Below, in pieces: positions 19,835 through 29,510 of a DNA stretch of 37,102 nt. The notes beneath the pieces were generated by a model. The model did not search any database. It had not been told where the DNA came from and saw only the letters and a list, made by a program, of their open reading frames with translations. This DNA comes from a virus. Its lineage: Duplodnaviria > Caudoviricetes. The stretch spans positions 1 to 37,102 of IMG/VR virus record IMGVR_UViG_3300027798_005175. One strand, given 5' to 3'. Numbering within the stretch: position 1 is the first letter of the stretch; the number at the start of each line of letters is the position of its first letter. A program made the position numbers and the translations under genes.

Positions 19835-19849
19835 TATAAATACAAAACT

Positions 19850-21646
19850 ATGGATATAAAAAATAGTGATATAATCGCAGATTTTCTAAAACACAATCAA
19901 ATTAAATATGTTTTTGGAATTATAGGATCTGCAAATTCTTATATATTTGATTCAATAAATAAATTGGGTTATACTACTATTATATATGTTCATCATGAAC
20001 AAAGCGCAGTAATGGCAATGGGCGCTTATTTCCGTGCATCTGGTAAAATATCAGCTGCAATAGTAACTGCAGGAGCTGGTAGTTCTAATGCAATTACCGG
20101 TGTTATTAGTAACTGGGCGGATTCAATTCCTGGATTGATTATTTCTGGACAAGAACAAAATAAATACATGACTATGCATAAACATCTGCGTATGTATGGT
20201 ATTCAAGGATATGATTCTCCAGAAATGGTTAGAAAAGTAACTAAATATGCAAAAACAGTTACTGCAAATGATGATATTCAAACAGAATTAGAAACATCAC
20301 TAAAAACAAGTATTAGTGGTCGGCCAGGACCTGTATGGTTAGATATTCCATTTGATACCCAATCTAAAAAAACTGAATTAAGACCTTGGAATCAAATTAA
20401 AAATGTACCAATTGAATCATCTTCTATATCAGAAGATATTCAATATTTACTTACAAAGTTAAAGACAAGCAAACGTCCAGTATTAATTGCAGGACATGGA
20501 GTTGGAATATCAAATTCTAAAAATGAATTTAGACAATTAGTTTCTAAGTTAAAGATTCCCGTGTTATTGTCATGGTCTGCTATTGATTTATTGTCAGAAC
20601 TAAATCCTTTTAATTTTGGAAGATCCGGTGTAATGGGTCAAAGATCATCTAATTTTATAGTACAAAATGCAGATTTAGTAGTTGTTCTAGGGAGTAGATT
20701 ATCTCTATTGCAAACTGGTTATGATTTAAATGATTTTGCAAGTAAAGCAGAATTAATCATTAATGATATTGATATATCAGAAGCAAACAAACATAGACAC
20801 AGTAAAGTAATTAGTTGTGATACAAAAGAGTTAATAACATCATTGTTAAATTCCTCAGATTCTATAGAAGAAAAATCAGAATGGTTATCTTATTGTGAGA
20901 AAATGAGAAATTCATATCCAAAATTATTACCAGAACATGATCATCTTGTATACATCAATTCATATAAATTCATAGATAGATTGAGTGATGAATTAAATGA
21001 TAATGATATTATTGTTACTGATATGGGTACTGCATTATTAAGCGGACATTATAGTATCAAATTAAAAGAAAATCAAACTATGTTCACCTCATTAGGATTG
21101 GGTGAAATGGGATATGGATTGCCAGGAGCAATTGGTGCTTCATTTACTGATACTAACAAAAATGTTATATGTTTAAATTGTGACGGTGGTATTATGATGA
21201 ACCTACAAGAGTTGCAAACTATTAAACATCATAATTTACCAATAAAAATTGTAATTTTTAATAATGATGGATATTTGATGATTAAACACACACAAAAAAT
21301 GTTGTTTAACGGTGCTTATAATGGTGTAAATTCTGACAGCGGTTTATCACTGCCAAACTTTGAAAAGTTATCAAATTCATTTGAATTTCCATATTATTCA
21401 ATTAAAACATGGGATGATTATACAAATAAAATTAATAACTTTTTAAATTCAAAAGGTCCATCTGTGTGTGAAGTTTTTATGGATCCTGAACAAGATTTTG
21501 TACCTAAAGTTAAAGGTATTAAAAAAGTAGACAATACAATTTTTGCACCACCAATTGAAGAAATGTCTCCATTGTTACCATATGATGAAATTGAAAAAAA
21601 TATGATTTCAGGAGTAAATGATAAATCAAAATTAATTCAAAGATGA
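19850..21646 (+). CDS. ThDP-dependent carboligase (acetolactate-synthase family), probably a YerE-like sugar C-branching enzyme
   Basis: HHEQSA (catalytic Glu), GRPGPVWLDIP, GEMGYGLPGAIGA and CDGGIMMNLQEL...NNDGY. The functional call rests on context (rfbH, rfbB, SDRs). Confidence 0.85.
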   Translation: MDIKNSDIIADFLKHNQIKYVFGIIGSANSYIFDSINKLGYTTIIYVHHEQSAVMAMGAYFRASGKISAAIVTAGAGSSNAITGVISNWADSIPGLIISGQEQNKYMTMHKHLRMYGIQGYDSPEMVRKVTKYAKTVTANDDIQTELETSLKTSISGRPGPVWLDIPFDTQSKKTELRPWNQIKNVPIESSSISEDIQYLLTKLKTSKRPVLIAGHGVGISNSKNEFRQLVSKLKIPVLLSWSAIDLLSELNPFNFGRSGVMGQRSSNFIVQNADLVVVLGSRLSLLQTGYDLNDFASKAELIINDIDISEANKHRHSKVISCDTKELITSLLNSSDSIEEKSEWLSYCEKMRNSYPKLLPEHDHLVYINSYKFIDRLSDELNDNDIIVTDMGTALLSGHYSIKLKENQTMFTSLGLGEMGYGLPGAIGASFTDTNKNVICLNCDGGIMMNLQELQTIKHHNLPIKIVIFNNDGYLMIKHTQKMLFNGAYNGVNSDSGLSLPNFEKLSNSFEFPYYSIKTWDDYTNKINNFLNSKGPSVCEVFMDPEQDFVPKVKGIKKVDNTIFAPPIEEMSPLLPYDEIEKNMISGVNDKSKLIQR

Positions 21647-22494
21647 AACTAAAAGCGGCTATAATAGGAACAGGCAATATTGGTACAGATTTACTTATTA
21701 AAAGTACACGTTCTAATATAATTGAACCAATAGCATTTATTGGTCGTAGAGAATCTTCTGATGGTATTCAAAGAGCAAAATCATTGGGAATAAAAACATC
21801 TATTGATGGTATAGATTTTTTTATAAACAATCCAAAGTATTGTGATTTGGTCTTTGATTGTACAGATGCATTTTCAGCAATAGAAAACTATAAAGTGTTT
21901 TCTTCACAAAACATTAAAACAATAGATTTAACTCCTGCAAAAATAGGTGAACTATGTGTTCCATCAATTAATGATGATTTAATTATTACAAATAACAATG
22001 TAAATATGATCACATGTGGAGGTCAAGCATCAATACCATTGTTACACTTAGTTTCTCAACATTGTGATAGTTTAGAATATGTTGAAATAGTTTCACAGAT
22101 AGCAAGTAAAAGTGCTGGTATGGCAACAAGAATTAATATTGATGAATACGTTCATACAACAGAAAAGGCAATTATAAAATTTACAAAAGCAAAAAAATGT
22201 AAAGTGATAATTAATTTAAATCCTGCTGAACCGTGTGTTGATATGCAAACAACAATGTTTTTAAAATACAAAAACATTGATATGACCAATTTGATTGGAG
22301 AATTTGATAAAAAAATAAAAAATATAAACACTTATGTTCCTCATTATGAATTAACGTCATTACCTATACTAAATGATGACATCCTTATTATAAGCATAAA
22401 AATAAAAGGTAGTGGTGATTACTTACCTTCATATGCAGGAAATTTGGATATCATTAATTGTGCTGCATTAAAAATAACAGAGAAATTACAATGA
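21643..22494 (+). CDS. dmpF: Acetaldehyde dehydrogenase (acylating)
   Basis: IIGTGNIGTDL, DLTPA, NVNMITCGGQASIP (catalytic Cys), SAGMATRINIDE and GDYLPSYAGNLDI. Confidence 0.95.
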   Translation: MKLKAAIIGTGNIGTDLLIKSTRSNIIEPIAFIGRRESSDGIQRAKSLGIKTSIDGIDFFINNPKYCDLVFDCTDAFSAIENYKVFSSQNIKTIDLTPAKIGELCVPSINDDLIITNNNVNMITCGGQASIPLLHLVSQHCDSLEYVEIVSQIASKSAGMATRINIDEYVHTTEKAIIKFTKAKKCKVIINLNPAEPCVDMQTTMFLKYKNIDMTNLIGEFDKKIKNINTYVPHYELTSLPILNDDILIISIKIKGSGDYLPSYAGNLDIINCAALKITEKLQ

Positions 22495-23504
22495 AAAAAA
22501 TAACAATAAGTGATCATACACTAAGAGATGGAAATCATGCTGCAAAACATAAAATTTCATTGACGCAAATCAAAAGATATTGTGAATTTGCTGAATCTGC
22601 TAATATTCCTATTGTTGAAGTTGGTCATGGTAATGGTTTAGGAGCATCCTCATTATTAATTGGAGAATCATCTCATACAGATGAAGAAATGATATCAGTT
22701 GCAAGAGGAATTTTAAAAAATACAAAACTGTGTGTACACAGCATACCAGGAATTTCTACAATAAAAAATAACATTCAACCCGCAATTGATTTGGGAGTTG
22801 ATATATTTAGAGTAGCGTCACACTGTACTGAAGCTACTATCACAAAGACACACATTGAACATCTAAAGACCAACAATAAAACGGTATATGGAGTCTTGAT
22901 GATGTCTGCTTTAGCAGATGAATTCACATTGTTAAAAGAAGCAACAAAAATGTATTCATATGGCGCAGATGCAATTATAATCATGGATTCTACAGGAACA
23001 TACCTTCCATTTGAAGTAACTAGTAGAATTAAACTATTAAAAGATAATCTACCAATAGAAATAGGATTTCATGGACATAATAATCTTAATATGGCAGTGA
23101 TCAATTCTATTATGGCAGCAAATTCAGGAGCAACAATAATTGACGCATGCATTCGTGGATTTGGAGCTGGTGCTGGAAATACACAACTAGAAATTATAGT
23201 ACCTGTATTTACAAAATATGGATATGATACTGATATCAATTTCAACAAACTTGTTATGGAAGCAGATTCAGTAATGAATTATCTTATTGACACCGCACCT
23301 ATTAGCGCTCCAATTAATGTCTTAACAGGATTAAATAAAATCTTCTCCGGATTTGAAAAACCAATTATCAAAGCATCTCAGTTACATGGAATTGAATACA
23401 GTTCTTTAATTTTTGAATTAGGAAACCGTAAATTAGTTGCTGGTCAAGAAGATTTAATTTTACAAATTGCGGAAAATATTAAAAATACAAATACTAAAAT
23501 ATGA
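22491..23504 (+). CDS. dmpG: 4-hydroxy-2-oxovalerate aldolase
   Basis: Start at ATG 22491 (ATGA overlap). Motifs DHTLRDGNH, EVGHGNGLG, RVASHCTEA, GFHGHNNL and GAGAGN, plus the C-terminal communication domain ELGNRKLVAGQEDLI. Confidence 0.95.
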   Translation: MKKITISDHTLRDGNHAAKHKISLTQIKRYCEFAESANIPIVEVGHGNGLGASSLLIGESSHTDEEMISVARGILKNTKLCVHSIPGISTIKNNIQPAIDLGVDIFRVASHCTEATITKTHIEHLKTNNKTVYGVLMMSALADEFTLLKEATKMYSYGADAIIIMDSTGTYLPFEVTSRIKLLKDNLPIEIGFHGHNNLNMAVINSIMAANSGATIIDACIRGFGAGAGNTQLEIIVPVFTKYGYDTDINFNKLVMEADSVMNYLIDTAPISAPINVLTGLNKIFSGFEKPIIKASQLHGIEYSSLIFELGNRKLVAGQEDLILQIAENIKNTNTKI

Positions 23505-24424
23505 ATGTATTAATTACAGGTGGAAACGGTTTTTTAGGGTCAAATATTACAAAAAAATTAATTGATACAAATCATCATATATTAATAACGTCAAAACATA
23601 ACAATAATATCCAATTTGAGCACAATAAATATAAATTTATTCCATCTTATATAGATACAATTCATAAACATATAGATGAAATTGAATGTTTTTTGCCGGA
23701 TGTAATATTATTATTGGGATGGAATGGTGCAAATAACTATAAAGATATAAATAGTATAGATCAATTTTACAAAAATCTGCCGGACCATATAAAGTTTTTA
23801 ACATTGATAAGTAAATTTAAACACAAACCAAAAATCATAGGAGCTGGTAGTTTTGCTGAATACGGAGATTATAATACACCAATTACGGAAGAATATTTTG
23901 AAAAACCAAATAGTTTGTATGGAATATCAAAATTTACATTTAAACAATATAGTGAATTATATTGTAAACAAAATGATATAAATTGGAAATGGATACGCCC
24001 GTGTTATACATACGGACCAAATGATGTATCAACAAGATTGATCCCCACTTTAATAACTAAATTATTAAAAAATGAAATGATTCATTTAAACGAATGTAGT
24101 GCAACATTAGATTATCTTTATATTGATGATTTTGTAAATTTTGTATATAGCTTAATATCATCTGATGAACATGGTGTTTATAATATTTGTTCCGGCAATC
24201 AATATAAATTAAAAGATATTATTAACACATTATATAGATTAACAAATAGTAAATCAGAAATTATATTTGATAAAAATTTGAATAGAAAAGATAATAGTAA
24301 TTTTTTATGCGGTGACAATACAAAAATAAAAAAATTATCAAACATATATAAATTAATAGATATTGAAGATGGATTGTCAAGAACAATAAAATTTTATGAA
24401 AGACAAAATAACATTAAAAGATGA
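23501..24424 (+). CDS. NAD(P)-dependent NDP-sugar reductase/epimerase (extended SDR)
   Basis: ITGGNGFLG, GSFAEYG, YGISK and YGP. Confidence 0.9.
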   Translation: MNVLITGGNGFLGSNITKKLIDTNHHILITSKHNNNIQFEHNKYKFIPSYIDTIHKHIDEIECFLPDVILLLGWNGANNYKDINSIDQFYKNLPDHIKFLTLISKFKHKPKIIGAGSFAEYGDYNTPITEEYFEKPNSLYGISKFTFKQYSELYCKQNDINWKWIRPCYTYGPNDVSTRLIPTLITKLLKNEMIHLNECSATLDYLYIDDFVNFVYSLISSDEHGVYNICSGNQYKLKDIINTLYRLTNSKSEIIFDKNLNRKDNSNFLCGDNTKIKKLSNIYKLIDIEDGLSRTIKFYERQNNIKR

Positions 24425-25040
24425 AAAATGGGTGTGGCCTATAATAGATGAAAATTCCTGGAAAGGTCAAAATGAATTAAAAGATTTATCAAATCATATA
24501 TTACCATATATTAAAAATAAAAATGTTATGGTTCAAGCAGGAGGAAATTGTGGGTTTTTATTAAGTACATTTATATCTCATTTTAATATAATTTATACAT
24601 TTGAACCTGATCCTGTAAATTTTTATTGTTTGAATCAAAATGTAATTTCAACCAATGTAATAAAAATGCAGTGTTGTCTTGGAAATGAATCAAATACAGT
24701 AAATGTATCACAGTTAATTAGACCTGAAAGATTACATGATATCGGAGGAGTCCATGTAAACGGTACCGGTTTTATTCCTACAATAATATTAGACAATTTA
24801 AACTTAACAGACTGTAATCTAATACAGTTAGATGTTGAAGGATATGAATTTAATGCATTATTAGGTGCAATAGAAACTATAAAAAAATTCAAACCAGTTT
24901 TATGTATAGAATTTTGTGAAAAATGGTTAAATAGATACAATACCAATTCTGAAAATATTTTAAATTTATTAAATAAACTAAATTATAAATTAGTTGACAC
25001 ACACGGATCAGACAGAATCTTTATATCAAATGAATTATAA
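24396..25040 (+). CDS. FkbM-family O-methyltransferase
   Basis: QAGGNCG, FEPDPVNF and IQLDVEGYE...GA.ETI.KFKPVLCIE. Confidence 0.9.
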   Translation: MKDKITLKDEKWVWPIIDENSWKGQNELKDLSNHILPYIKNKNVMVQAGGNCGFLLSTFISHFNIIYTFEPDPVNFYCLNQNVISTNVIKMQCCLGNESNTVNVSQLIRPERLHDIGGVHVNGTGFIPTIILDNLNLTDCNLIQLDVEGYEFNALLGAIETIKKFKPVLCIEFCEKWLNRYNTNSENILNLLNKLNYKLVDTHGSDRIFISNEL

Positions 25041-25049
25041 AATTAAAGT

Positions 25050-25898
25050 ATGAACATATTAATAACAGGATCAAATGGTTTTATTGGATCTAATATCATA
25101 AAATTTTTATCTAATAATGTTAATTATAAATTGTTTAAAGGCAACAGAAATACTATAGATCTATATTCATTAGATAACATTGAACGATATATAGATGAAA
25201 ATCAAATAGATACAGTAATACATTGTGCAATTGATGGTGGTAATAGATTAGAACATGATACGTATGAAACATTTTATAGAAATATATTGATGTATGAAAA
25301 TTTAATCAAATTCAATCATAGATATAAAATGTTCATCAATTTTGGTTCTGGTGCAGAGTATGATAGAAAACAAAATATATCAAATATTAATGAACGTGAA
25401 ATATTTAACGTTATTCCCACGGATTTTTACGGTTTATCTAAAAACATAATTTCAAAATTATCTACTTATTGTCCTGTAGTATTGAATCTTAGACTATTTG
25501 GATGTTTTTATCACAATGAATTGTCTACTAGATTTATAAAGAACAATATTAACAGTTACATCAATAAAAAACCAATTGTTATACATCAAGATAGATATAT
25601 GGATTTCTTATATATGAATGATTTATTGAATGTTATAGAACATTTTCTAACAATACCGGTGACGTGTTATACAGATATTAATATGTCATATTTGAAAAAA
25701 TATAAATTAAGTGATATAGCAAATATAATTAATGAATTGTCATCATATAAAGTAGATATTAATGTAGAGAATAAAATATCCGGACCAAGTTATACAGGAA
25801 ATGGAGAAAAATTAAATTCTTTAGGATTAGAATTGAAAGGTCTTGAATTTGGAATAAAAGAATGTTATGAACGCATCAAATATAACGTTTTGCATTAA
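25050..25898 (+). CDS. NAD(P)-dependent NDP-sugar reductase/epimerase (extended SDR)
   Basis: ITGSNGFIG, FGSGAEYD, YGLSK and LRLFGCF. Confidence 0.88.
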   Translation: MNILITGSNGFIGSNIIKFLSNNVNYKLFKGNRNTIDLYSLDNIERYIDENQIDTVIHCAIDGGNRLEHDTYETFYRNILMYENLIKFNHRYKMFINFGSGAEYDRKQNISNINEREIFNVIPTDFYGLSKNIISKLSTYCPVVLNLRLFGCFYHNELSTRFIKNNINSYINKKPIVIHQDRYMDFLYMNDLLNVIEHFLTIPVTCYTDINMSYLKKYKLSDIANIINELSSYKVDINVENKISGPSYTGNGEKLNSLGLELKGLEFGIKECYERIKYNVLH

Positions 25899-27156
25899 TA
25901 CTGCAAAAAATGAAATAAATCACATCAAGTTACTATTCAAATCACTTGATATTAACTTACATAATAAAAATCATGATATTATTGTGTTTGTTGACAGTGA
26001 CAATCAAAATACTACTGAATGGTTAAAAACTCAAAAATTAAAATTCAAAAATCTTACCATAGTTAAAAATACAAGTAGTATACCAGTTGGTTATCAAAGA
26101 AACATAAATTTAATGTTTGAAATGGCAAAGACTGATATTGTTTCTTATTTACAGTCTGATATGGTAATTTCAAAAAATTATGATTTGGATATCACAAAAA
26201 ATTTAGATGAAAATACTGTAATTTCAAGTACCAGAATAGAACCTCCATTACATCCTCCTTCATCAGAAAAAATTACATATGATTTTGGATTAGACCCGTC
26301 AAAATTTAATTTTGAATCATTTCAGACATTTTCCAATAGTAAAAAAGAAAACAAACTAACTGATTACTGGTTTGCACCATTTACATTATATAGAAAAAAA
26401 TGGATAGAAATAGGAGGACATGATACTTTGTTTAGAAGATCCAGAGAAGATTCAGATATATTATATAGACTGTGTCTGAACGGTATGAAATTTAAACAAG
26501 ACTGGAACGCAATTGTTTATCATTTTACCTGTACGTCTTCAAGAGGAATGGAATGGTGGAAACAGCAAAATCAAGATAGAATCAAAACACAAAATATAGC
26601 AGATTCAATTGAATATAAAAAATTTCTAAGAAAATGGAGAGTTTTTAAACATGATGTAAATCATAATGAATCAGACTATAAATACAACGTTTCAATTAAT
26701 TTTAAAAATTCAAAAAATAAAGAGTCATTTATCTTAGAAAATTACTTTCTATTTAATAAAATAAGTGTTGATGATATAAACTCATATAATATATTAAAAA
26801 CAGAATATTCAAAGTTTCAAGATCCCGCAAATATTTTATTAGGCATACAGACAGATCAATGGATAGATTATAAGAAAAATCATAGAACATGGGAGTTTGA
26901 AGACATTTTTACATCAAATAAAATTAAAAATGATGACGTAATTATTGATGTTGATCTAAGTTTATTAGATCAAAATATGACAAACTGTTTATTTAATATA
27001 CAAGAAATATTAAACAATTCACTCTCAGAAGGAAGTTCCGGTGAATTTTCTTTATTAGATAATATCAAAGTTACAGTCTGTAATATACAAAACAGACTGT
27101 ATGAAAACGTTATTGTTAAAAATCCAGATTTAAATATTAACCTTGAATTTTTATAA
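25867..27156 (+). CDS. GT2 family glycosyltransferase (paralog of 15386-16495)
   Basis: ITFCINT, VFVDSD, LQSDM, IEPPLH, GGHD..F...REDSD, VYHF and FLRKW. Confidence 0.85.
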   Translation: MNASNITFCINTAKNEINHIKLLFKSLDINLHNKNHDIIVFVDSDNQNTTEWLKTQKLKFKNLTIVKNTSSIPVGYQRNINLMFEMAKTDIVSYLQSDMVISKNYDLDITKNLDENTVISSTRIEPPLHPPSSEKITYDFGLDPSKFNFESFQTFSNSKKENKLTDYWFAPFTLYRKKWIEIGGHDTLFRRSREDSDILYRLCLNGMKFKQDWNAIVYHFTCTSSRGMEWWKQQNQDRIKTQNIADSIEYKKFLRKWRVFKHDVNHNESDYKYNVSINFKNSKNKESFILENYFLFNKISVDDINSYNILKTEYSKFQDPANILLGIQTDQWIDYKKNHRTWEFEDIFTSNKIKNDDVIIDVDLSLLDQNMTNCLFNIQEILNNSLSEGSSGEFSLLDNIKVTVCNIQNRLYENVIVKNPDLNINLEFL

Positions 27157-27159
27157 GAA

Positions 27160-28023
27160 TTATTTCCAATTATTCAAACAATAATCAATTGATTCTTCAA
27201 CAGTTTTCATTGTAATTCCCGTTTCTAACAACTTACTGTTACTCATAACACAATTAGACCGTGGAGTTTTTGCATAATTTTTATACAAAGTTTCTTCATC
27301 AATTAATGTAAAGTTTCTATCTTTTGCAATAGTCACTTTTAACTTTTCAACCAAAAAATCAGTTGTTATATATCCTGTGTTTGTTACATTATAAATTCCA
27401 AATGGAACTTTATTAACAAATGTTTGTATACAAGCACTTACAAATTCTTGTTTATTACTAATTGAATTTTCTGCTTGTAATAATTTATCATATTTCAACA
27501 TTTTACTAATATAATTACGTGAATTATTGTTTTCTTCAAATGGAATTCTTAATCTCCATATATAATTCTTATTCCATTTTGATACTATCTTTTCAGCAAT
27601 TGCTTTTGTTCCACTATAAAAACTACAATTATTTTGTACAAATGAGAAATTTGGCACATCTTCTTCTGTAAATGGTTCTCCATCTACCCTTCTTCCTGAA
27701 TATATACATCCACTAGATACATGACCAAGTTGAATATCATTCAACATACACCAATCAGTCAAAATTTGAGGCCAAACAATATTACCATGAATTGTAGATT
27801 CTTTATCCAATTCACACGCATCTACATTTGGTTTACCAGTATATCCAGCCGCATTAATTACCGCATCAATGATTGGATATCCTGCTTCCGCATACCATTT
27901 TTCTAAATCATAAAATGTTGTGTTTGCTGTATCTGCCCAACATTTAAATTCAATTTGTTTTTGTTCTAATTGGTGTTTAAATTCACTACCAATATATCCA
28001 GTCGATCCAAATAGTATAATCAT
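27160..28023 (-). CDS. NDP-4-keto-6-deoxyglucose 3,5-epimerase/4-reductase-like (RmlD superfamily, NRS/ER-UER1 type)
   Basis: FGSTGYIG, NAAGYTGKPNVDACE, SSGCIY, SFYSGTK, RLRIPF and PRSNC. Confidence 0.8.
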   Translation of the reverse strand: MIILFGSTGYIGSEFKHQLEQKQIEFKCWADTANTTFYDLEKWYAEAGYPIIDAVINAAGYTGKPNVDACELDKESTIHGNIVWPQILTDWCMLNDIQLGHVSSGCIYSGRRVDGEPFTEEDVPNFSFVQNNCSFYSGTKAIAEKIVSKWNKNYIWRLRIPFEENNNSRNYISKMLKYDKLLQAENSISNKQEFVSACIQTFVNKVPFGIYNVTNTGYITTDFLVEKLKVTIAKDRNFTLIDEETLYKNYAKTPRSNCVMSNSKLLETGITMKTVEESIDYCLNNWK

Positions 28024-28862
28024 AATAGTTTTTCCAAGTATTGTTTATATTCACTTTTAGGCATTTTGTCAACTATATTAGATAGTTGTTGTTTATTAAT
28101 AAATTTCTTTTTATAACAATCTTCCTCAATACATCCAATTTTAATGCCTTGTCTTTCTTGAATTGTCTGTACATAAGCACCACTTTGATATAAAGATCCA
28201 GGCGTACCGGCATCTAACCAAACTGTTCCTCTAGGAAATTGTATTACAGTCAATTTTTTTTGTTCCAAATAAATTCTATTTAAATCAGTTATTTCTAATT
28301 CACCTCTAGAAGATGGTTTCAATGACTTTGCAAGTTTTACTACTTTATTATCATAAAAATATAAACCAGGAACAGCATACGTACTTTTTGGATTGGTAGG
28401 TTTCTCTTCAATTGAAATTGCTTGTCCATCATCATCAAATTCTACAACACCATATGCACCAGGATCATTTACTTGATATGCAAATACAATTGCACCATCC
28501 AATGATGGTTTCATCCTAGCCATCCCATGAAAAATATTGTCTCCTAATATCAATCCAACTGAATCATTCTGAATAAAATCCTCTGCAATAATAAATGCTT
28601 CAGCAATACCCCTTGGTTTATATTGAACTTTATAACAAATCTCCAATCCTAAATGTTTACCGTCACCAAATAATTTCTCATACAAAGGCAAATATTCTGG
28701 TGTACTAATAATACAAAATTCTCTTATACCACATGTTATCATTGTAGATAGTGGATAGTAGATCATTGGTTTATCATACACTGGTAATAATTGTTTATTA
28801 CTTGTCATTGTAAGAGGATATAATCTACTACCAGTTCCTCCAGATAAAATAATTCCTTTCAT
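28020..28862 (-). CDS. rfbA: Glucose-1-phosphate thymidylyltransferase
   Basis: MKGIILSGGTGSRLYPLT, KQLLPVYDKPMIYYPL, LILGDNIF, EEKP, RGELEITD and WLDAGT. Confidence 0.96.
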   Translation of the reverse strand: MKGIILSGGTGSRLYPLTMTSNKQLLPVYDKPMIYYPLSTMITCGIREFCIISTPEYLPLYEKLFGDGKHLGLEICYKVQYKPRGIAEAFIIAEDFIQNDSVGLILGDNIFHGMARMKPSLDGAIVFAYQVNDPGAYGVVEFDDDGQAISIEEKPTNPKSTYAVPGLYFYDNKVVKLAKSLKPSSRGELEITDLNRIYLEQKKLTVIQFPRGTVWLDAGTPGSLYQSGAYVQTIQERQGIKIGCIEEDCYKKKFINKQQLSNIVDKMPKSEYKQYLEKLL

Positions 28863-28896
28863 ATAACTCTTATATTTATAGATAAATACACAATTT

Positions 28897-29226
28897 ATGA
28901 TTCAAATAATTTTTTTAAATACGTTTTTGTTGGTTATCTGGTTTAATACAGATGTGTTCATTGAATATCTAAAATTCACAGGCAATTTATTCAAGATCAA
29001 AGAATATGAACTTGAAAAAAATAATGACTTTAGTCTAACATACCATTCATTCTTACTAAAAAAATACAACAGTTTCCTAATCAGACTTATTACATGTCCA
29101 TTATGTTTTAATTTTTGGATAACTTTACTGTTTACAATTGTTTTTAATTATCAATTTATTTATATACCAATAATATATATACTATCATTATTGATATATT
29201 TTGTATTTACTAAGTTATCACCATGA
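28897..29226 (+). CDS. Small membrane protein with CxxC (DUF1360-like)
   Basis: Three hydrophobic segments and LITCPLCFNFW. Confidence 0.6.
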   Translation: MIQIIFLNTFLLVIWFNTDVFIEYLKFTGNLFKIKEYELEKNNDFSLTYHSFLLKKYNSFLIRLITCPLCFNFWITLLFTIVFNYQFIYIPIIYILSLLIYFVFTKLSP

Positions 29227-29510
29227 ATATAAGCAACGTTACTGATTTCTATTATTTAGTCAAAACATCAAATCTACAATCATTTAACTCAAACTTAAAT
29301 GTATTTCTTGATTGTGTAGATAACTATAATCGTATATGTAATTGTAAATCAAATGAAAAATCAAACAAGTACAGAGAATGTCATGATCTATACAAAAGAA
29401 ATGTTTTAAATGATATCGCATCAATAAAACATGAAATATTTAAAAACACAACTGATAATACCGTTGTGTTTTATGATGGTGGATCAGTTATTCTTACTCT
29501 AATCAAGTAA
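29223..29510 (+). CDS. Hypothetical protein, 95 aa, Cys-containing
   Basis: ATGA overlap with the upstream gene and a C...CNC...C pattern. Confidence 0.65.
   Translation: MNISNVTDFYYLVKTSNLQSFNSNLNVFLDCVDNYNRICNCKSNEKSNKYRECHDLYKRNVLNDIASIKHEIFKNTTDNTVVFYDGGSVILTLIK

Noticed and set aside
19850-21646. ilvB acetolactate synthase for branched-chain amino acids
   Set aside because: There is no regulatory subunit, ilvC or ilvD, and the context is deoxysugar synthesis.
21643-23504. dmpFG as an aromatic-degradation auxiliary metabolic module
   Set aside because: No dioxygenase, hydrolase or hydratase of meta-cleavage is present, and the pair is translationally coupled inside an NDP-sugar operon.
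4458-28862. Ordinary bacterial O-antigen or capsule locus
   Set aside because: There is no wzx, wzy, wzz, wzm/wzt or initiating transferase. The island contains a dUTPase and is flanked without a visible junction by phage replication genes. A chimeric assembly cannot be excluded without reads.
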